Assembly: GCA_963799485.1 (NCBI GenBank)
Contig: CAWCXJ010000010.1
Location: forward strand, 1 to 64,000
Length of the DNA: 64,000 nucleotides
Source of the DNA: an uncultured Trueperaceae bacterium
Lineage (GTDB): Bacteria; Deinococcota; Deinococci; Deinococcales; Trueperaceae
Direction: 5' to 3'
Shown here: in pieces, positions 10,311 through 20,405 of the stretch
How the letters are laid out: each line of letters begins with the position of its first letter
Position numbering within the stretch: position 1 is the first letter of the stretch
Notes under the pieces: model-generated
Seen by the model: the letters and a program-made list of their open reading frames with translations, nothing else
Database searches by the model: none
Told to the model about the DNA's origin: nothing
Translations under genes and position numbers: made by a program

Positions 10311-10333
10311 AGGCTCCTGCGGGAGCCTTTTTT
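10311..10333 (+). terminator. intrinsic terminator after glnA
   Basis: aggctcc-tgcg-ggagcct followed by a T run. Confidence 0.85.
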
Positions 10334-10337
10334 CGGT

Positions 10338-10877
10338 ATGGTAAGCGGTAATGGTGATTTTGTGAACCGTAACACCGTAAAACCCTCCAGCACACTTGTC
10401 GTCGGTCTCGACCCCGGCCTCGCCAATCTGGGCCTCGGCGCAGTCCGTGAGGTCGGGCGCGAGGTCACCTGTCTCGGCAGTCAGCTCATCCGCACGACGC
10501 CCACGCAAACGCAAGCGGAACGGCTCGAGACCCTTTACAACGCCGTCTCGGACTTTTTGAAAACGCACCAGCCTGACATTCTCGCCGTTGAAGGCCAGTA
10601 TTTTCACCGCCAGCGCGAAGTGGCGTTCAAGGTCGGTCAGGCGTTCGGCGTGTGCCTCTTGGCCGCCAAGCAGCAAGGTATCGGCGTCGTCGAATACGGC
10701 CCGATGCAGGTCAAGCAGGCGCTCGTCGGCTCCGGACGCGCGAGCAAGGCGCAGGTGTCGTATATGGTGCGGGCGATGCTGAACCTTAGAGAAACGCCGG
10801 AGAGTCACCACGTTGCCGACGCGCTTGCGCTCGCTTTGACGCACCTCAGTGCGCGGCAGTTGCAGGCGCTACGCTAG
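10338..10877 (+). CDS. ruvC: Holliday junction resolvase RuvC
   Basis: GLDPGLANLG, AVEGQYF, EYGPMQVKQALVGSGRASKAQV, HVADALALA; start may be GTG 10362. Confidence 0.93.
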   Translation: MVSGNGDFVNRNTVKPSSTLVVGLDPGLANLGLGAVREVGREVTCLGSQLIRTTPTQTQAERLETLYNAVSDFLKTHQPDILAVEGQYFHRQREVAFKVGQAFGVCLLAAKQQGIGVVEYGPMQVKQALVGSGRASKAQVSYMVRAMLNLRETPESHHVADALALALTHLSARQLQALR

Positions 10878-10893
10878 GTCACGATATTGCAGT

Positions 10894-10928
10894 AAAAAGG
10901 CGGCTCGAGGCTTGCCTCGAGCCGCTTT
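10894..10928. terminator. bidirectional terminator
   Basis: aaaaag-gcggctcgagg-cttg-cctcgagccgc-ttt between convergent genes. Confidence 0.85.
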
Positions 10929-10947
10929 CATTTATTTCAGGTACCCC

Positions 10948-13900
10948 TCAGCGTTTTTTAGCCGGTTTTTTTCTTTTCGACCTAGTTGTCTTGGAACCCG
11001 TTTTTGCCTTCGGGGGTACAGTGCTGGACTCTGATTTGGATTTTTTAGCTGGCGCTTTAGTGGACGGTGTTTCAGGTGACGCTGCTTCAGCCGAAGCAGT
11101 CGCCATTTTATCGTCCTCAGCACTTTTTACGGCGTCTTCATCTTTTACGGCGCTCTCGCCTTCGGTGCGCTGATTTACGGTTGCATTGGCTGACCCAGAC
11201 GTTTTTTGCGGTGCAGAGAGCGCCGACCATGTACCCTTTGCCTCGGTTTCGGCGCGGCTCAGGGCGTTCATCGTCCCGGTAAAGGGTTTTAAGTCGTTCT
11301 CGCTGGCACTGAGAAGCGCATACCCGAGCGGGCGCACGCTCGCCTCACCGTAGGCAGATTCGCTAAACGCGTCCGTTTCGGCGTCGTAACGGACAAAACG
11401 CTTGACTCCATCGTCGGTTTTGAAGGACTCGAGGAAGGCCTCGGCTCCCTTTTCGTAGCCGGGGCCGTAACGCCGTAAAAGCTGTACGAGCATTCCAGCG
11501 CGCTCGGCGTCCGGCAGACCGGCTCCCGTAAAGGTCTCGTGAATAAGCCCGTCCAACCTCAACTCGTCGGTATCGACCTCGGCTTTTGCAAGTGTCTCTA
11601 AGACGAGCGCGACGTAGAGTGTACCGCTGCCCTCGTCGGTCAGTTTGGTCGTCAGTTCTTCCTCGAGAGCGGCGCGGTGGGCGCTTTCGGGTGCAAAGTC
11701 AAGCGACGGCAACGCGATAAGGCGCGTCAGCTGCGTTTCGAAGGTCGTTTTCGGAGCCGCTTTAGCGGTTTCGTCAACCTTAGCTTCTTCTGCGCTGGTT
11801 TGACCTGCGGTACCGTCAAGCTCATCGACTTGCCCCCCGGCAACGCGGACGAGTTCGCGTAGGCGACCCGGCAATTCGCGTTCCAGCGCCCGTAACTGCC
11901 GTTCACCGCGTTCGCTGCGGAGCGTGCGAATTATCTCGGCGCTAACGACCTGCGCGAAAGCGTGATGGACGGGCGCTAACTCTGCGCCGGTAAGTTCGGC
12001 CCCCAAGTCGTACACCCCGCGCCCGCCCAGTGCGTCGTGAAGCCGCTCGAAACGTCCATCGGTGTCTTCAACTTCGTCAAAGTCGAGAAACACCTGATAC
12101 TTGTACGCGTCGAGCGACAACGCCAGTCCGCCTTGCAAATCGCGGCTCCGGCGGATAAACCACAACCCGGAAACCTGCTCGCGGAAGCGGACGAAATCGC
12201 GCTCCCCGGCCCGCAACCCGAGGCCCTGAAGGAGCGTGCGCTGCGCTTTCCCGGCCTGCGGCGTCGCTTCACGAATCCAGCCGCTGGCGTGGCTGAAGCT
12301 GTTGTTAAAGGTCACCAAAGACGCCTGTCCGTCGACGAAGTTCGAGTAGGCGTAGACGTTCTCGTCAATTCCGTGCTCAGAATGCATATCGTAGAGCTGA
12401 AAGTTTTCGACTTCGGCGAACTGATAGCGGCGGTGCAGCAGCGGAAACACCTCGCGGTGGTGGCGGCCTATCAGCCAGCCGTCCGGGCTCTCGTCGAGTT
12501 TGGCGCGGCGATACTCCATCCCGTACTTTTCCGTGTAGCCCTCGACCTGTCCGTGGCCGAACATCGGCAAGCCCGGCATCGTCGCCATCACGACCGCGAC
12601 CCCGAAATACTTGTCGTCTTTACCGAACTGCGCCACAGCGGTCTCTTCGTCGGGGTTGTTCATAAAGTTGACGAAGCGTTTCAAGATTTCGGGTTCGAAC
12701 TCCAAGACGTTTTTGATGCTCTGACGGTACTGCGCGTTGTCCTCGTTTTTGAACATGTGCATAAAGGCGCTGTTGTACACGCGGTGCATCCCGAGCGTCC
12801 GGACGAAATAGCCTTCCATCATCCAGAACGCCTCGGCGAGCAGCAGCGTGTCGGGCACCTCTTGGGCGACCCTATCGACGACCTCGCGCCAGAACTCTTT
12901 GGGGACGGCCTTTTCAAAGTCTTCGGTCGATAAGCTGCCGTACTGCGCGCGTGAAGCAATCGCCCCACCGGAACCGGGTTCGGGATACCAGAGTCGCTGA
13001 ATGTGCTGTTTGGCCAAGGTCATCGCCGCGTCGAAACGGATAATGGGTGAAAGCCGCGCGACGTGCAAGATGGTCTGAATCACGGCTTCGCGCGCCGCAG
13101 GATTTAAGTAGTCGATCTGCGCGGTGTCGTTCCACGGCATCGAAGTACCGTCGTTGCCGTGGTAGATATATTTGGTGTCGCCGGTTCCCTTGTCCTGACG
13201 CTTAAACACGACCGCCGCGTCCGACGAATCGTAGTAGTGATCCTCGAGAAACACCCCGACGCGCCCGTCTTGCGACAGGTCGGGGCCGTTAAAGGTGTAG
13301 CTGGGATAAGGCGACTCGCTCAGCTGTAAAAACCATTCGGGGTGTTCGACGACCCATCTACCGTCGACGCCGACGTGGTTCGGCACCATGTCCGAGGCCA
13401 TCCGAATGCCGCGTTCCCACGCCCGCCGTTTAAGGGTTTCAAACGCTTCCGCGCCGCCCAAATCGCCCGCAATCACATAGTCGTAAAGCGAATAGGCCGA
13501 CGCCACCGCGTCCGGGTTGCCGCGCAGGTTTTTAATCGTTTTCGAGGCTTTCGAGCGCTCCCAGAGGCCGATCAGCCAGAGCCCGGTAAAGCCCCGGCGG
13601 GCGAGTTCGTCGAGTTCTTCGTCGGGGATTTCGTCCAAGCGGGAAATCTCGTAACCGTACTGTTTGGAAAGCTGTCCGAGCCAGACGAAGGTGCTTTTGG
13701 CGAGCATCACCACGCGCGGCATCCACGACGAATCTTGCGAGAACGCTTCGTATTCGTCGGGAACGAAACTGCCGCTGCGCGCACGTTGGGCTGCCGCCGG
13801 GTCGATGACCTGAGCCGGGCCGGGGCCGCCGCCGAAATTGGGTTTTTGCTCTTCGCGCAGCGTGTCGCCGGCGCGGAGGATGTCACGGAACAGCTCGTCC

Positions 13901-14634
13901 AGACCCGGAATCTCGAGCCCGAGCGCCCCGAGCCGTTCGCGCAAACTGCCCAGCTGACCTGCTAAAGAGGTCGGCGACGCATTGATGGGTGCGCGGAGCA
14001 GTTCGAAAAGTTTTTGTCCCTCCCCGGCGTCGGGCTCACCGGCGAAAAAGGTCTCGAGCCCCGTCACCACTTCGGGATAACGCGTTTCGGCGAGTTCGGT
14101 ATCGTCAAAAAGGTCGCGGAGCCGCCCCAACGCCGGGTTGAAGTTGGCGAAATGCAGCAGGATAAGGCTTTCAACGGCAATCTGCCGGTTCGACAACCCT
14201 GCCTGGTCACCGGTCAGGTAAACGTCCGGCGTCACGTCGCCTTGCGACACGGCTTTGGGCGGAAACGTCGAGACGTAGCGGGAGAGCGTACGCTCGAGTT
14301 CGCGCCTTCCAAGTTGGGCCTCGAGCTGCGTGTAGGCGCGTCCAATCGCGTCCGGATGCGCCTTTAAGTAACCAGCGACGATCAACCGGAGCATCTCCTG
14401 CACGAGCGCGGCGGCGTAGAGTTCGCCCGCGCGCACCGCCGACTCAGGAAAACGCTTTGCGTCCCTAACGTCGTTGATGGTCTGGCTCAGCTTTTGCGCT
14501 GCCCCGAGCGTCGGAACCTGCAAAGGGCCGCCCTCGGCGAGCATCTCTTGCAAAAACCCGTAGCGCTGCCGCGCCGAAGCGCGGAGCGGCAGTTCGGGTG
14601 TACCGCGCGAGCCCTTAAAGTAGTAGGTGTTCAT
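10948..14634 (-). CDS. large alpha-amylase family (GH13) protein
   Basis: DMVPNH, IRFDAAMTLAK, LLAEAFW, NNPDEE; RBS gaggagg before ATG 14634; low-complexity Lys/Ala-rich C-terminal tail. Confidence 0.88.
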   Translation of the reverse strand: MNTYYFKGSRGTPELPLRASARQRYGFLQEMLAEGGPLQVPTLGAAQKLSQTINDVRDAKRFPESAVRAGELYAAALVQEMLRLIVAGYLKAHPDAIGRAYTQLEAQLGRRELERTLSRYVSTFPPKAVSQGDVTPDVYLTGDQAGLSNRQIAVESLILLHFANFNPALGRLRDLFDDTELAETRYPEVVTGLETFFAGEPDAGEGQKLFELLRAPINASPTSLAGQLGSLRERLGALGLEIPGLDELFRDILRAGDTLREEQKPNFGGGPGPAQVIDPAAAQRARSGSFVPDEYEAFSQDSSWMPRVVMLAKSTFVWLGQLSKQYGYEISRLDEIPDEELDELARRGFTGLWLIGLWERSKASKTIKNLRGNPDAVASAYSLYDYVIAGDLGGAEAFETLKRRAWERGIRMASDMVPNHVGVDGRWVVEHPEWFLQLSESPYPSYTFNGPDLSQDGRVGVFLEDHYYDSSDAAVVFKRQDKGTGDTKYIYHGNDGTSMPWNDTAQIDYLNPAAREAVIQTILHVARLSPIIRFDAAMTLAKQHIQRLWYPEPGSGGAIASRAQYGSLSTEDFEKAVPKEFWREVVDRVAQEVPDTLLLAEAFWMMEGYFVRTLGMHRVYNSAFMHMFKNEDNAQYRQSIKNVLEFEPEILKRFVNFMNNPDEETAVAQFGKDDKYFGVAVVMATMPGLPMFGHGQVEGYTEKYGMEYRRAKLDESPDGWLIGRHHREVFPLLHRRYQFAEVENFQLYDMHSEHGIDENVYAYSNFVDGQASLVTFNNSFSHASGWIREATPQAGKAQRTLLQGLGLRAGERDFVRFREQVSGLWFIRRSRDLQGGLALSLDAYKYQVFLDFDEVEDTDGRFERLHDALGGRGVYDLGAELTGAELAPVHHAFAQVVSAEIIRTLRSERGERQLRALERELPGRLRELVRVAGGQVDELDGTAGQTSAEEAKVDETAKAAPKTTFETQLTRLIALPSLDFAPESAHRAALEEELTTKLTDEGSGTLYVALVLETLAKAEVDTDELRLDGLIHETFTGAGLPDAERAGMLVQLLRRYGPGYEKGAEAFLESFKTDDGVKRFVRYDAETDAFSESAYGEASVRPLGYALLSASENDLKPFTGTMNALSRAETEAKGTWSALSAPQKTSGSANATVNQRTEGESAVKDEDAVKSAEDDKMATASAEAASPETPSTKAPAKKSKSESSTVPPKAKTGSKTTRSKRKKPAKKR

Positions 14635-14990
14635 ATAAGTCCTCCTCAGCGTTCGCCGCCGGATATCAGCCACACCAAAGGCGACAGCGCGCAACGTTAG
14701 CGTGATTGAGAATAGCACGCGTCCCGGAGGGCTCGCGGCAACCCCGGCGGTAGCTTGCTGTTTCCGGGAGCGCGTCCCTCAGGTGCCTGACAGATACGCC
14801 TGCAAAAACCGGCGACGGCTTGCCCTACGCCTCAACGCGCCCCTTGTTTGGATACACCGTTTGGATACAGTTTTTGCCGGCGCAGCGTTGCCGACAAGTG
14901 TGAACGCGGCCAAGCCTTTCTTGCTTGAAATTACGACGTTTTTTGTAGATGGCTACTGCACCCCCACGCGTCACAGGTATAGTGGGCCTC

Positions 14991-16961
14991 ATGATGTCAC
15001 CTGAACTACCCAAAACCTGGTCTCGAGCGCTCATCTTGGCGGTGCGACCCGCCGTCGATAGCGGGCGCTTTCCCATCAAGCGTGTAACCGGCGAGAATGT
15101 GACTGTCAGCGCCGATATCGTGGCCGACGGTCACGATACGCTCGCCGCCGAACTCTTGTACGGCCCCGAAGGGAACGAAACGCACAGCACCCGGCTCAGC
15201 TTTGCTGGAAACGACGTTTACGAAGGTAGTTTTACGGTCGGCGAAGTGGGAGCGTGGCGCTACCGCGTGCGCGCCTGGGTGGACGCGTTCGCCACCTGGC
15301 AAGCCGTTTTCAAACGCCGCGTCGAAACCGGCAGCGACGAAGCCGAACTAAGGAGTGAACTCCAAGAAGGCGCAGCGCTCCTCCAAAAAGCCCACAAGAA
15401 AGCTAAGGGAGAAGACAAAAAGGCGCTCGGGGCATACGTTAAGCGTTTTGAAGCGGGCAACGCGGACGCCGCGTTAGAAGAAGAGATCGTCAGTCTCGCC
15501 CGCACCTACGACCCGCGCGAAGGTGCCGCCGAAAGCGCGTTTTTTGGCGTTTTGGTCGAACGCCCGCTGGCGCAGTTTTCGTCGTGGTATTCGTTTTTTC
15601 CGCGTTCACTCGGCAAAAACGGTCAACACGGGACTTTAGACGACGCGGCTGAACACCTGACCTATATTAAGGATATGGGTTTCGATATCGCCTATCTGAC
15701 GCCGATTCATCCCATCGGGAGGGCCTTCCGTAAAGGCAAAGACAACGCGCCGACCGCGCAACCCGGCGAACCCGGCAGCCCTTACGCCATCGGCAGCGAA
15801 GACGGCGGTTTGAGCAGTGTTCACCCCGAACTCGGCGGAATGCCTGCGTTCGAGCGGTTTATGGCGCGGGCGCAAGAGCTGCGGCTCGAGGTCGCTTTGG
15901 ACGTCGCCTTAAACGCCTCGCCCGACCACCCCTGGGTCAAAGAACACCCGACCTGGTTCAAGCAGCGCCCCGACGGGTCGATTCGTTACGCCGAAAATCC
16001 GCCCAAAAAGTATCAGGACATCTATCCGTTCGACCTCGAGAGTAGCGACTGGCAAAACCTCTGGCAAGCTTTACGCGACGTGTTCGGCTTCTGGGCGAGT
16101 AAAGGCGTGCGCGTCTTCCGGGTAGACAACCCGCACACCAAAGCGCTGCCGTTCTGGGGCTGGTGCATCGCCTCGTTGCGCGAAGAGTACCCCGATTTAG
16201 TCATGCTCTCCGAAGCGTTTACTCGCCCCAAACAGATGTACGCGCTTGCCAAACTCGGGTTTTCGCAGTCTTACACCTACTTCACCTGGCGCTACAGCAA
16301 ACAAGATTTTACCGAATATCTGCATGAACTCTGCCAGACCGAAGTCGTGGATTTTTACCGGCCCAACTTTTGGCCCAACACGCACGACATCTTGCCGCCG
16401 TATCTGCGGAGTCGGGCGACCTATCAAACGCGGCTCGTGATGGCGGCGACGATGGCGTCGAGTTACGGCATTTACGGCCCCGCCTTTGAGCTGATGGACA
16501 ACGTTCCCCACGAACTGCGTGAAGAGAACAAGAACAACGAGAAGTACGAGCTTAAAAACTGGAACTTCGATGACCCGAACTCGCTCAAACCTTTGATTAC
16601 CCAGGTCAACCGGATTCGTTTAGAGAACCCCGCTCTCAGGAATAACCGGAGCCTCAAACTTCACGGCGTCGGCAACGACCAGCTGTTGGCCTACTCGAAG
16701 CAAGACGGCGATAACAAGATTTTGGTCGTCGTCAACTTCGACCCGGACAACACCCAGTCGGGTTTTACCGACCTCGATCTGGACGCGCTCGGCTTGCCGC
16801 AAAACGAACCCTTCAGCGCCGAAGACCTTATAACCGGTGAGCATTACACCTGGAACGGCGCGCACAATTACCTCGAGCTAAACCCTCACCATTTCCCCGC
16901 CCACATCTTCCGCCTGTCCGGGCGCAGCGCACAGCACGCCGCGCGGCAGCGCGTTTCGTAG
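14991..16961 (+). CDS. glgE: alpha-1,4-glucan:maltose-1-phosphate maltosyltransferase
   Basis: YAENPPKKYQDIYP, FRVDNPHTK, SEAFTRP, FSQSYTYFTWR, FWPNTHDIL; leaderless TATAGT-7nt-ATG. Confidence 0.95.
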   Translation: MMSPELPKTWSRALILAVRPAVDSGRFPIKRVTGENVTVSADIVADGHDTLAAELLYGPEGNETHSTRLSFAGNDVYEGSFTVGEVGAWRYRVRAWVDAFATWQAVFKRRVETGSDEAELRSELQEGAALLQKAHKKAKGEDKKALGAYVKRFEAGNADAALEEEIVSLARTYDPREGAAESAFFGVLVERPLAQFSSWYSFFPRSLGKNGQHGTLDDAAEHLTYIKDMGFDIAYLTPIHPIGRAFRKGKDNAPTAQPGEPGSPYAIGSEDGGLSSVHPELGGMPAFERFMARAQELRLEVALDVALNASPDHPWVKEHPTWFKQRPDGSIRYAENPPKKYQDIYPFDLESSDWQNLWQALRDVFGFWASKGVRVFRVDNPHTKALPFWGWCIASLREEYPDLVMLSEAFTRPKQMYALAKLGFSQSYTYFTWRYSKQDFTEYLHELCQTEVVDFYRPNFWPNTHDILPPYLRSRATYQTRLVMAATMASSYGIYGPAFELMDNVPHELREENKNNEKYELKNWNFDDPNSLKPLITQVNRIRLENPALRNNRSLKLHGVGNDQLLAYSKQDGDNKILVVVNFDPDNTQSGFTDLDLDALGLPQNEPFSAEDLITGEHYTWNGAHNYLELNPHHFPAHIFRLSGRSAQHAARQRVS

Positions 16962-16968
16962 AGGAGTT

Positions 16969-19900
16969 ATGACTCTAAAAACTGACGTTCAAACCAGTCC
17001 CACCAACGCATCCCAAAGCAGCTCTGAGCGCCTCGGCAGCGACCCGTTCTGGTACAAGGACGCGGTCATCTATCAGATCCACGTGCGGTCGTTTTTCGAC
17101 TCGGACGACGACGGCTACGGCGACTTTCGCGGCATTCTGGAAAAGCTGCCTTACCTAGAAGAACTCGGCGTCAACACGCTCTGGCTGCTTCCCTTTTACG
17201 ATTCGCCGCTGCGCGACGACGGCTACGACATCGCCGACTACTGGAACATCTTGCCGGTTCACGGCGATGTGGGCGATTTCAAGGCCTTTTTGGACGAGGC
17301 GCACGCCCGTGGGATGCGCGTCGTCACCGAGATGGTCTTGAATCACACCTCGGATCAGCACGCGTGGTTTCAAGAGTCGCGGCAACCCGGTTCCGATAAG
17401 CGCGACTGGTACGTCTGGAGCGACACCTCGGACAAGTACAAAGATGTTCGCATCATCTTTACCGACACCGAACACTCGAACTGGACGTGGGACCCGGTGG
17501 CGGGTGCGTACTACTGGCACCGCTTTTTCAGCCATCAACCCGACCTCAACTGGGACAATCCCGAAGTCGAAGCAGCGCTGCACGAAGTTTTATTCTATTG
17601 GCTCGATATGGGCGTGGACGGCGTGCGTTTAGACGCCGTGCCGTACCTGTACGAGCGTGAAGGCACCTCGGGCGAAAACCTGCCGGAAACCCTGGACGCC
17701 ATCAAACGCCTGCGTAAAGGCATCGAAGACCGTTACGGGCCGGGGCGTATCTTGCTCGCCGAGGCGAATCAGTGGCCCGAAGACACGCTGCCGTATTTTG
17801 GGGCTTACGAAGATGACCCTACTCAGGGCGACGGCGTGCAGATGGCGTTTAACTTTCCGCTGATGCCCCGGATGTATCTGGCGCTGCGCCGCGAAAACCG
17901 GCAGCCGATTGTCGAGATGCTTAAACTCACCGAAGACATCCCCGACGACGCGCAGTGGGCGCTCTTTTTGCGGAACCACGACGAGTTGACGCTCGAGATG
18001 GTCACCGACGAAGAACGCGACTTTATGTACAACGAGTACGCCATGGACCGGCAGTTTCGCCTGAACCTGGGCATCCGCCGCCGTTTGGCCCCGCTCTTGG
18101 GCGGCGAGCGCCGCCGCATCGAACTGATGAACGCGCTCGTGTTGTCCTTAAAAGGCAGCCCGGTCGTCTACTACGGCGACGAAATCGGCATGGGCGACAA
18201 CACCTTTTTGGGTGACCGCAACGGCGTCCGCACGCCGATGCAGTGGAGTCCCGACCGCAACGGCGGTTTTTCCCGTGCGCCCTATCACCAGCTCTTTTTG
18301 CCGCCCATCAACGAAGGGATTTACGGCTATCAGTTCGTCAACGTCGAGGACGCGCAGCGGAGCGCGCACTCGCTTTACGGCTTTATGCAGCGGATTTTGC
18401 GGCTCCGCAACCAGCACGGCAAGACCTTCGGGCGCGGTTCGCTCACGATTTTGCCGGTCGAAAATCAGCGGGTCTTTGCCTTTTTACGTGAGTACGAAGG
18501 CGAGACGATTTTGGTCGTCGCCAACTTGTCGCGTTTCGCGCAAGCCGCCTATCTGCCGCTGCAAGACTACGCGGGCGCGGTTCCGATTGAGCTTTTTAGC
18601 CAAGCCCCGTTCCCACCGATCTTGCCGCAAGAAGGCGACAGCGGCGGCGACTATCCACTTACCATGAGTCCGCACGGGTTTTACTGGTTTGCCTTAAAAC
18701 GCGACACGGCACTCGAGGCCGAAGCCGAAGAACCCGACGATATCCCCGACCGTAAACTGCCGACCTTTAAGCTTTCAGGTGGTTTGGAAACGCTTTTGGT
18801 CGAAACGATGGTGCAGGGCGACGCGAGACGGCAGCTCGAGCGCACCTTACCCGAATACTTGTCGATTCAGCGCTGGTTCGGCTCCAAAGCAAGAGCGCTT
18901 AAAGGCGCCCGCTTGGTCGACGCCGTAAGGCTTCAGGCCGACCCACAGAACTATCTGGCACTGGTTCGCGCCGAGTTCGAAGACGGCGGCGTCGAGCGTT
19001 ACTTTTTGCCTTTAGCGTACAAAAAAGGCGACGAGGCCAAAGCGCTGATTGCGGCGTATCCGCGCGCCGCCGTCGCCTGGCTCAGCGGGCCGTCGGGCCG
19101 TCTGCTCTTACACGACGCCACCGCCGACGCAGATTTCTGGTCTTCGCTCTACCGCGCCACCCAGAAAAACTGGCGTGGGCGCTCGCTGCAAGGGCTTTAC
19201 GGCGCGACCCCGGCGAAAGGCGGCACGCTGCTAAACGTCACCGAGGCCCGCGTGATGGGCGTCGAGCAGAGCAATTCGTCGGCGGTTCTCGGTGACGTGT
19301 TCGGCAAGCTTTACCGGAAGTTGGAGGATGAATCGAATCCCGAAGTCGAGATGCTCAGCTATTTGACCGAAGCAGGGTTTCCCTTTTCACCCGCGCTTCA
19401 GGGCAATCTGACCTTTAGACGCGGCGAACTCTCCCTGACGCTCGGCATTTTTCAGAGCTTTATCGAAGGCGGCAGCGACGCGTGGGGCTACGCCCTGGAG
19501 GAATTCGGGCGCTACCTGGGCCGCACCGCCGAAACGCCCGTTCCTGAAAACGCGCTGCCTGAACGTTTCGACGACCCGCTGCCGGCGTGGCTCGAGGATA
19601 CTGCCGGGGAGAGCCTGCAACTCGCCAGCTTGTTGGGGGTTCGCACCGCCGAACTCCACACGACCCTCTCCCGCGCCGAAATACCCACGCTGCGCCCCGA
19701 GCCCACGACGCCGGAAGACCTGCAGGCGTTTGCCGGACGCGTTCGCCGCGACGCCGAAACGACCGTAGCGCAACTCAGGGCGCAGGGTCACGCCTTCGAC
19801 CGGGAGGCGTTAGACAGAGGGTTGGAGAAGTTGGCGCAACTTGCTGGGGCCGACCCCGACTGGCACAAAATCCGTGTTCACGGCGACTATCATCTGGGTC

Positions 19901-20313
19901 AGGTCATCCGCGCCGAGGGCGACCTCTACATCCTCGATTTCGAGGGTGAACCCGCCCGACCCTTAAACGAGCGCCGCGAAAAAGACCAAGCGCTCCGCGA
20001 CGTAGCCGGGATGCTCCGGTCTTTGGAGTACGCCGGACTCGTGGCGTGGGGCACTTACGCTGAGGAAACGGGTAGCCGCGACGAAGCGTGGGCAGACCTG
20101 CTCGTCCGCTGGAGCGAAGCCGCCTTCTTAGAGGCGTACCTGTCAACCGCCGGAGAGGGAGCCAGCTATCTGCCGCAAGACCCCGAAGTTAGGGCCCTCG
20201 TCATCTGGGCGTATCAGCTCGACAAAGTGTTGTACGAAGTCCGCTACGAACTCGGCAGCCGCCCGGACTGGGTGTGGTTGCCGCTGCGGGGGCTCGAGCG
20301 CCTACTCAGCTGA
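16969..20313 (+). CDS. treS: trehalose synthase TreS fused to maltokinase (Mak/Pep2)
   Basis: WYKDAVIYQIHVRSF, RLDAVPYL, FLRNHDELTLEMV; C-terminal EQSNSS, RVHGDYHLGQV, ILDFEGEP, DVAGMLRS. Confidence 0.95.
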   Translation: MTLKTDVQTSPTNASQSSSERLGSDPFWYKDAVIYQIHVRSFFDSDDDGYGDFRGILEKLPYLEELGVNTLWLLPFYDSPLRDDGYDIADYWNILPVHGDVGDFKAFLDEAHARGMRVVTEMVLNHTSDQHAWFQESRQPGSDKRDWYVWSDTSDKYKDVRIIFTDTEHSNWTWDPVAGAYYWHRFFSHQPDLNWDNPEVEAALHEVLFYWLDMGVDGVRLDAVPYLYEREGTSGENLPETLDAIKRLRKGIEDRYGPGRILLAEANQWPEDTLPYFGAYEDDPTQGDGVQMAFNFPLMPRMYLALRRENRQPIVEMLKLTEDIPDDAQWALFLRNHDELTLEMVTDEERDFMYNEYAMDRQFRLNLGIRRRLAPLLGGERRRIELMNALVLSLKGSPVVYYGDEIGMGDNTFLGDRNGVRTPMQWSPDRNGGFSRAPYHQLFLPPINEGIYGYQFVNVEDAQRSAHSLYGFMQRILRLRNQHGKTFGRGSLTILPVENQRVFAFLREYEGETILVVANLSRFAQAAYLPLQDYAGAVPIELFSQAPFPPILPQEGDSGGDYPLTMSPHGFYWFALKRDTALEAEAEEPDDIPDRKLPTFKLSGGLETLLVETMVQGDARRQLERTLPEYLSIQRWFGSKARALKGARLVDAVRLQADPQNYLALVRAEFEDGGVERYFLPLAYKKGDEAKALIAAYPRAAVAWLSGPSGRLLLHDATADADFWSSLYRATQKNWRGRSLQGLYGATPAKGGTLLNVTEARVMGVEQSNSSAVLGDVFGKLYRKLEDESNPEVEMLSYLTEAGFPFSPALQGNLTFRRGELSLTLGIFQSFIEGGSDAWGYALEEFGRYLGRTAETPVPENALPERFDDPLPAWLEDTAGESLQLASLLGVRTAELHTTLSRAEIPTLRPEPTTPEDLQAFAGRVRRDAETTVAQLRAQGHAFDREALDRGLEKLAQLAGADPDWHKIRVHGDYHLGQVIRAEGDLYILDFEGEPARPLNERREKDQALRDVAGMLRSLEYAGLVAWGTYAEETGSRDEAWADLLVRWSEAAFLEAYLSTAGEGASYLPQDPEVRALVIWAYQLDKVLYEVRYELGSRPDWVWLPLRGLERLLS

Positions 20314-20326
20314 GTTTCAAACTGCA

Positions 20327-20363
20327 CAAAAAAAGGTGGAGCCGTTCAAAGCTCCACCTCTTT
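20327..20363. terminator. bidirectional terminator
   Basis: aaaaaa-aggtggagc-cgttcaaa-gctccacct-cttt. Confidence 0.75.
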
Positions 20364-20405
20364 ACTTTTGATATTTTTAGCGCTGGCCTCGAGTCCAAGC
20401 AGAAA

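Noticed and set aside
9786..10844. 352-aa minus-strand ORF
   Set aside because: Antisense to glnA and ruvC, and crosses a terminator.
16969..20313. TreS-maltokinase fusion as a novelty
   Set aside because: A well-known architecture in many bacteria.
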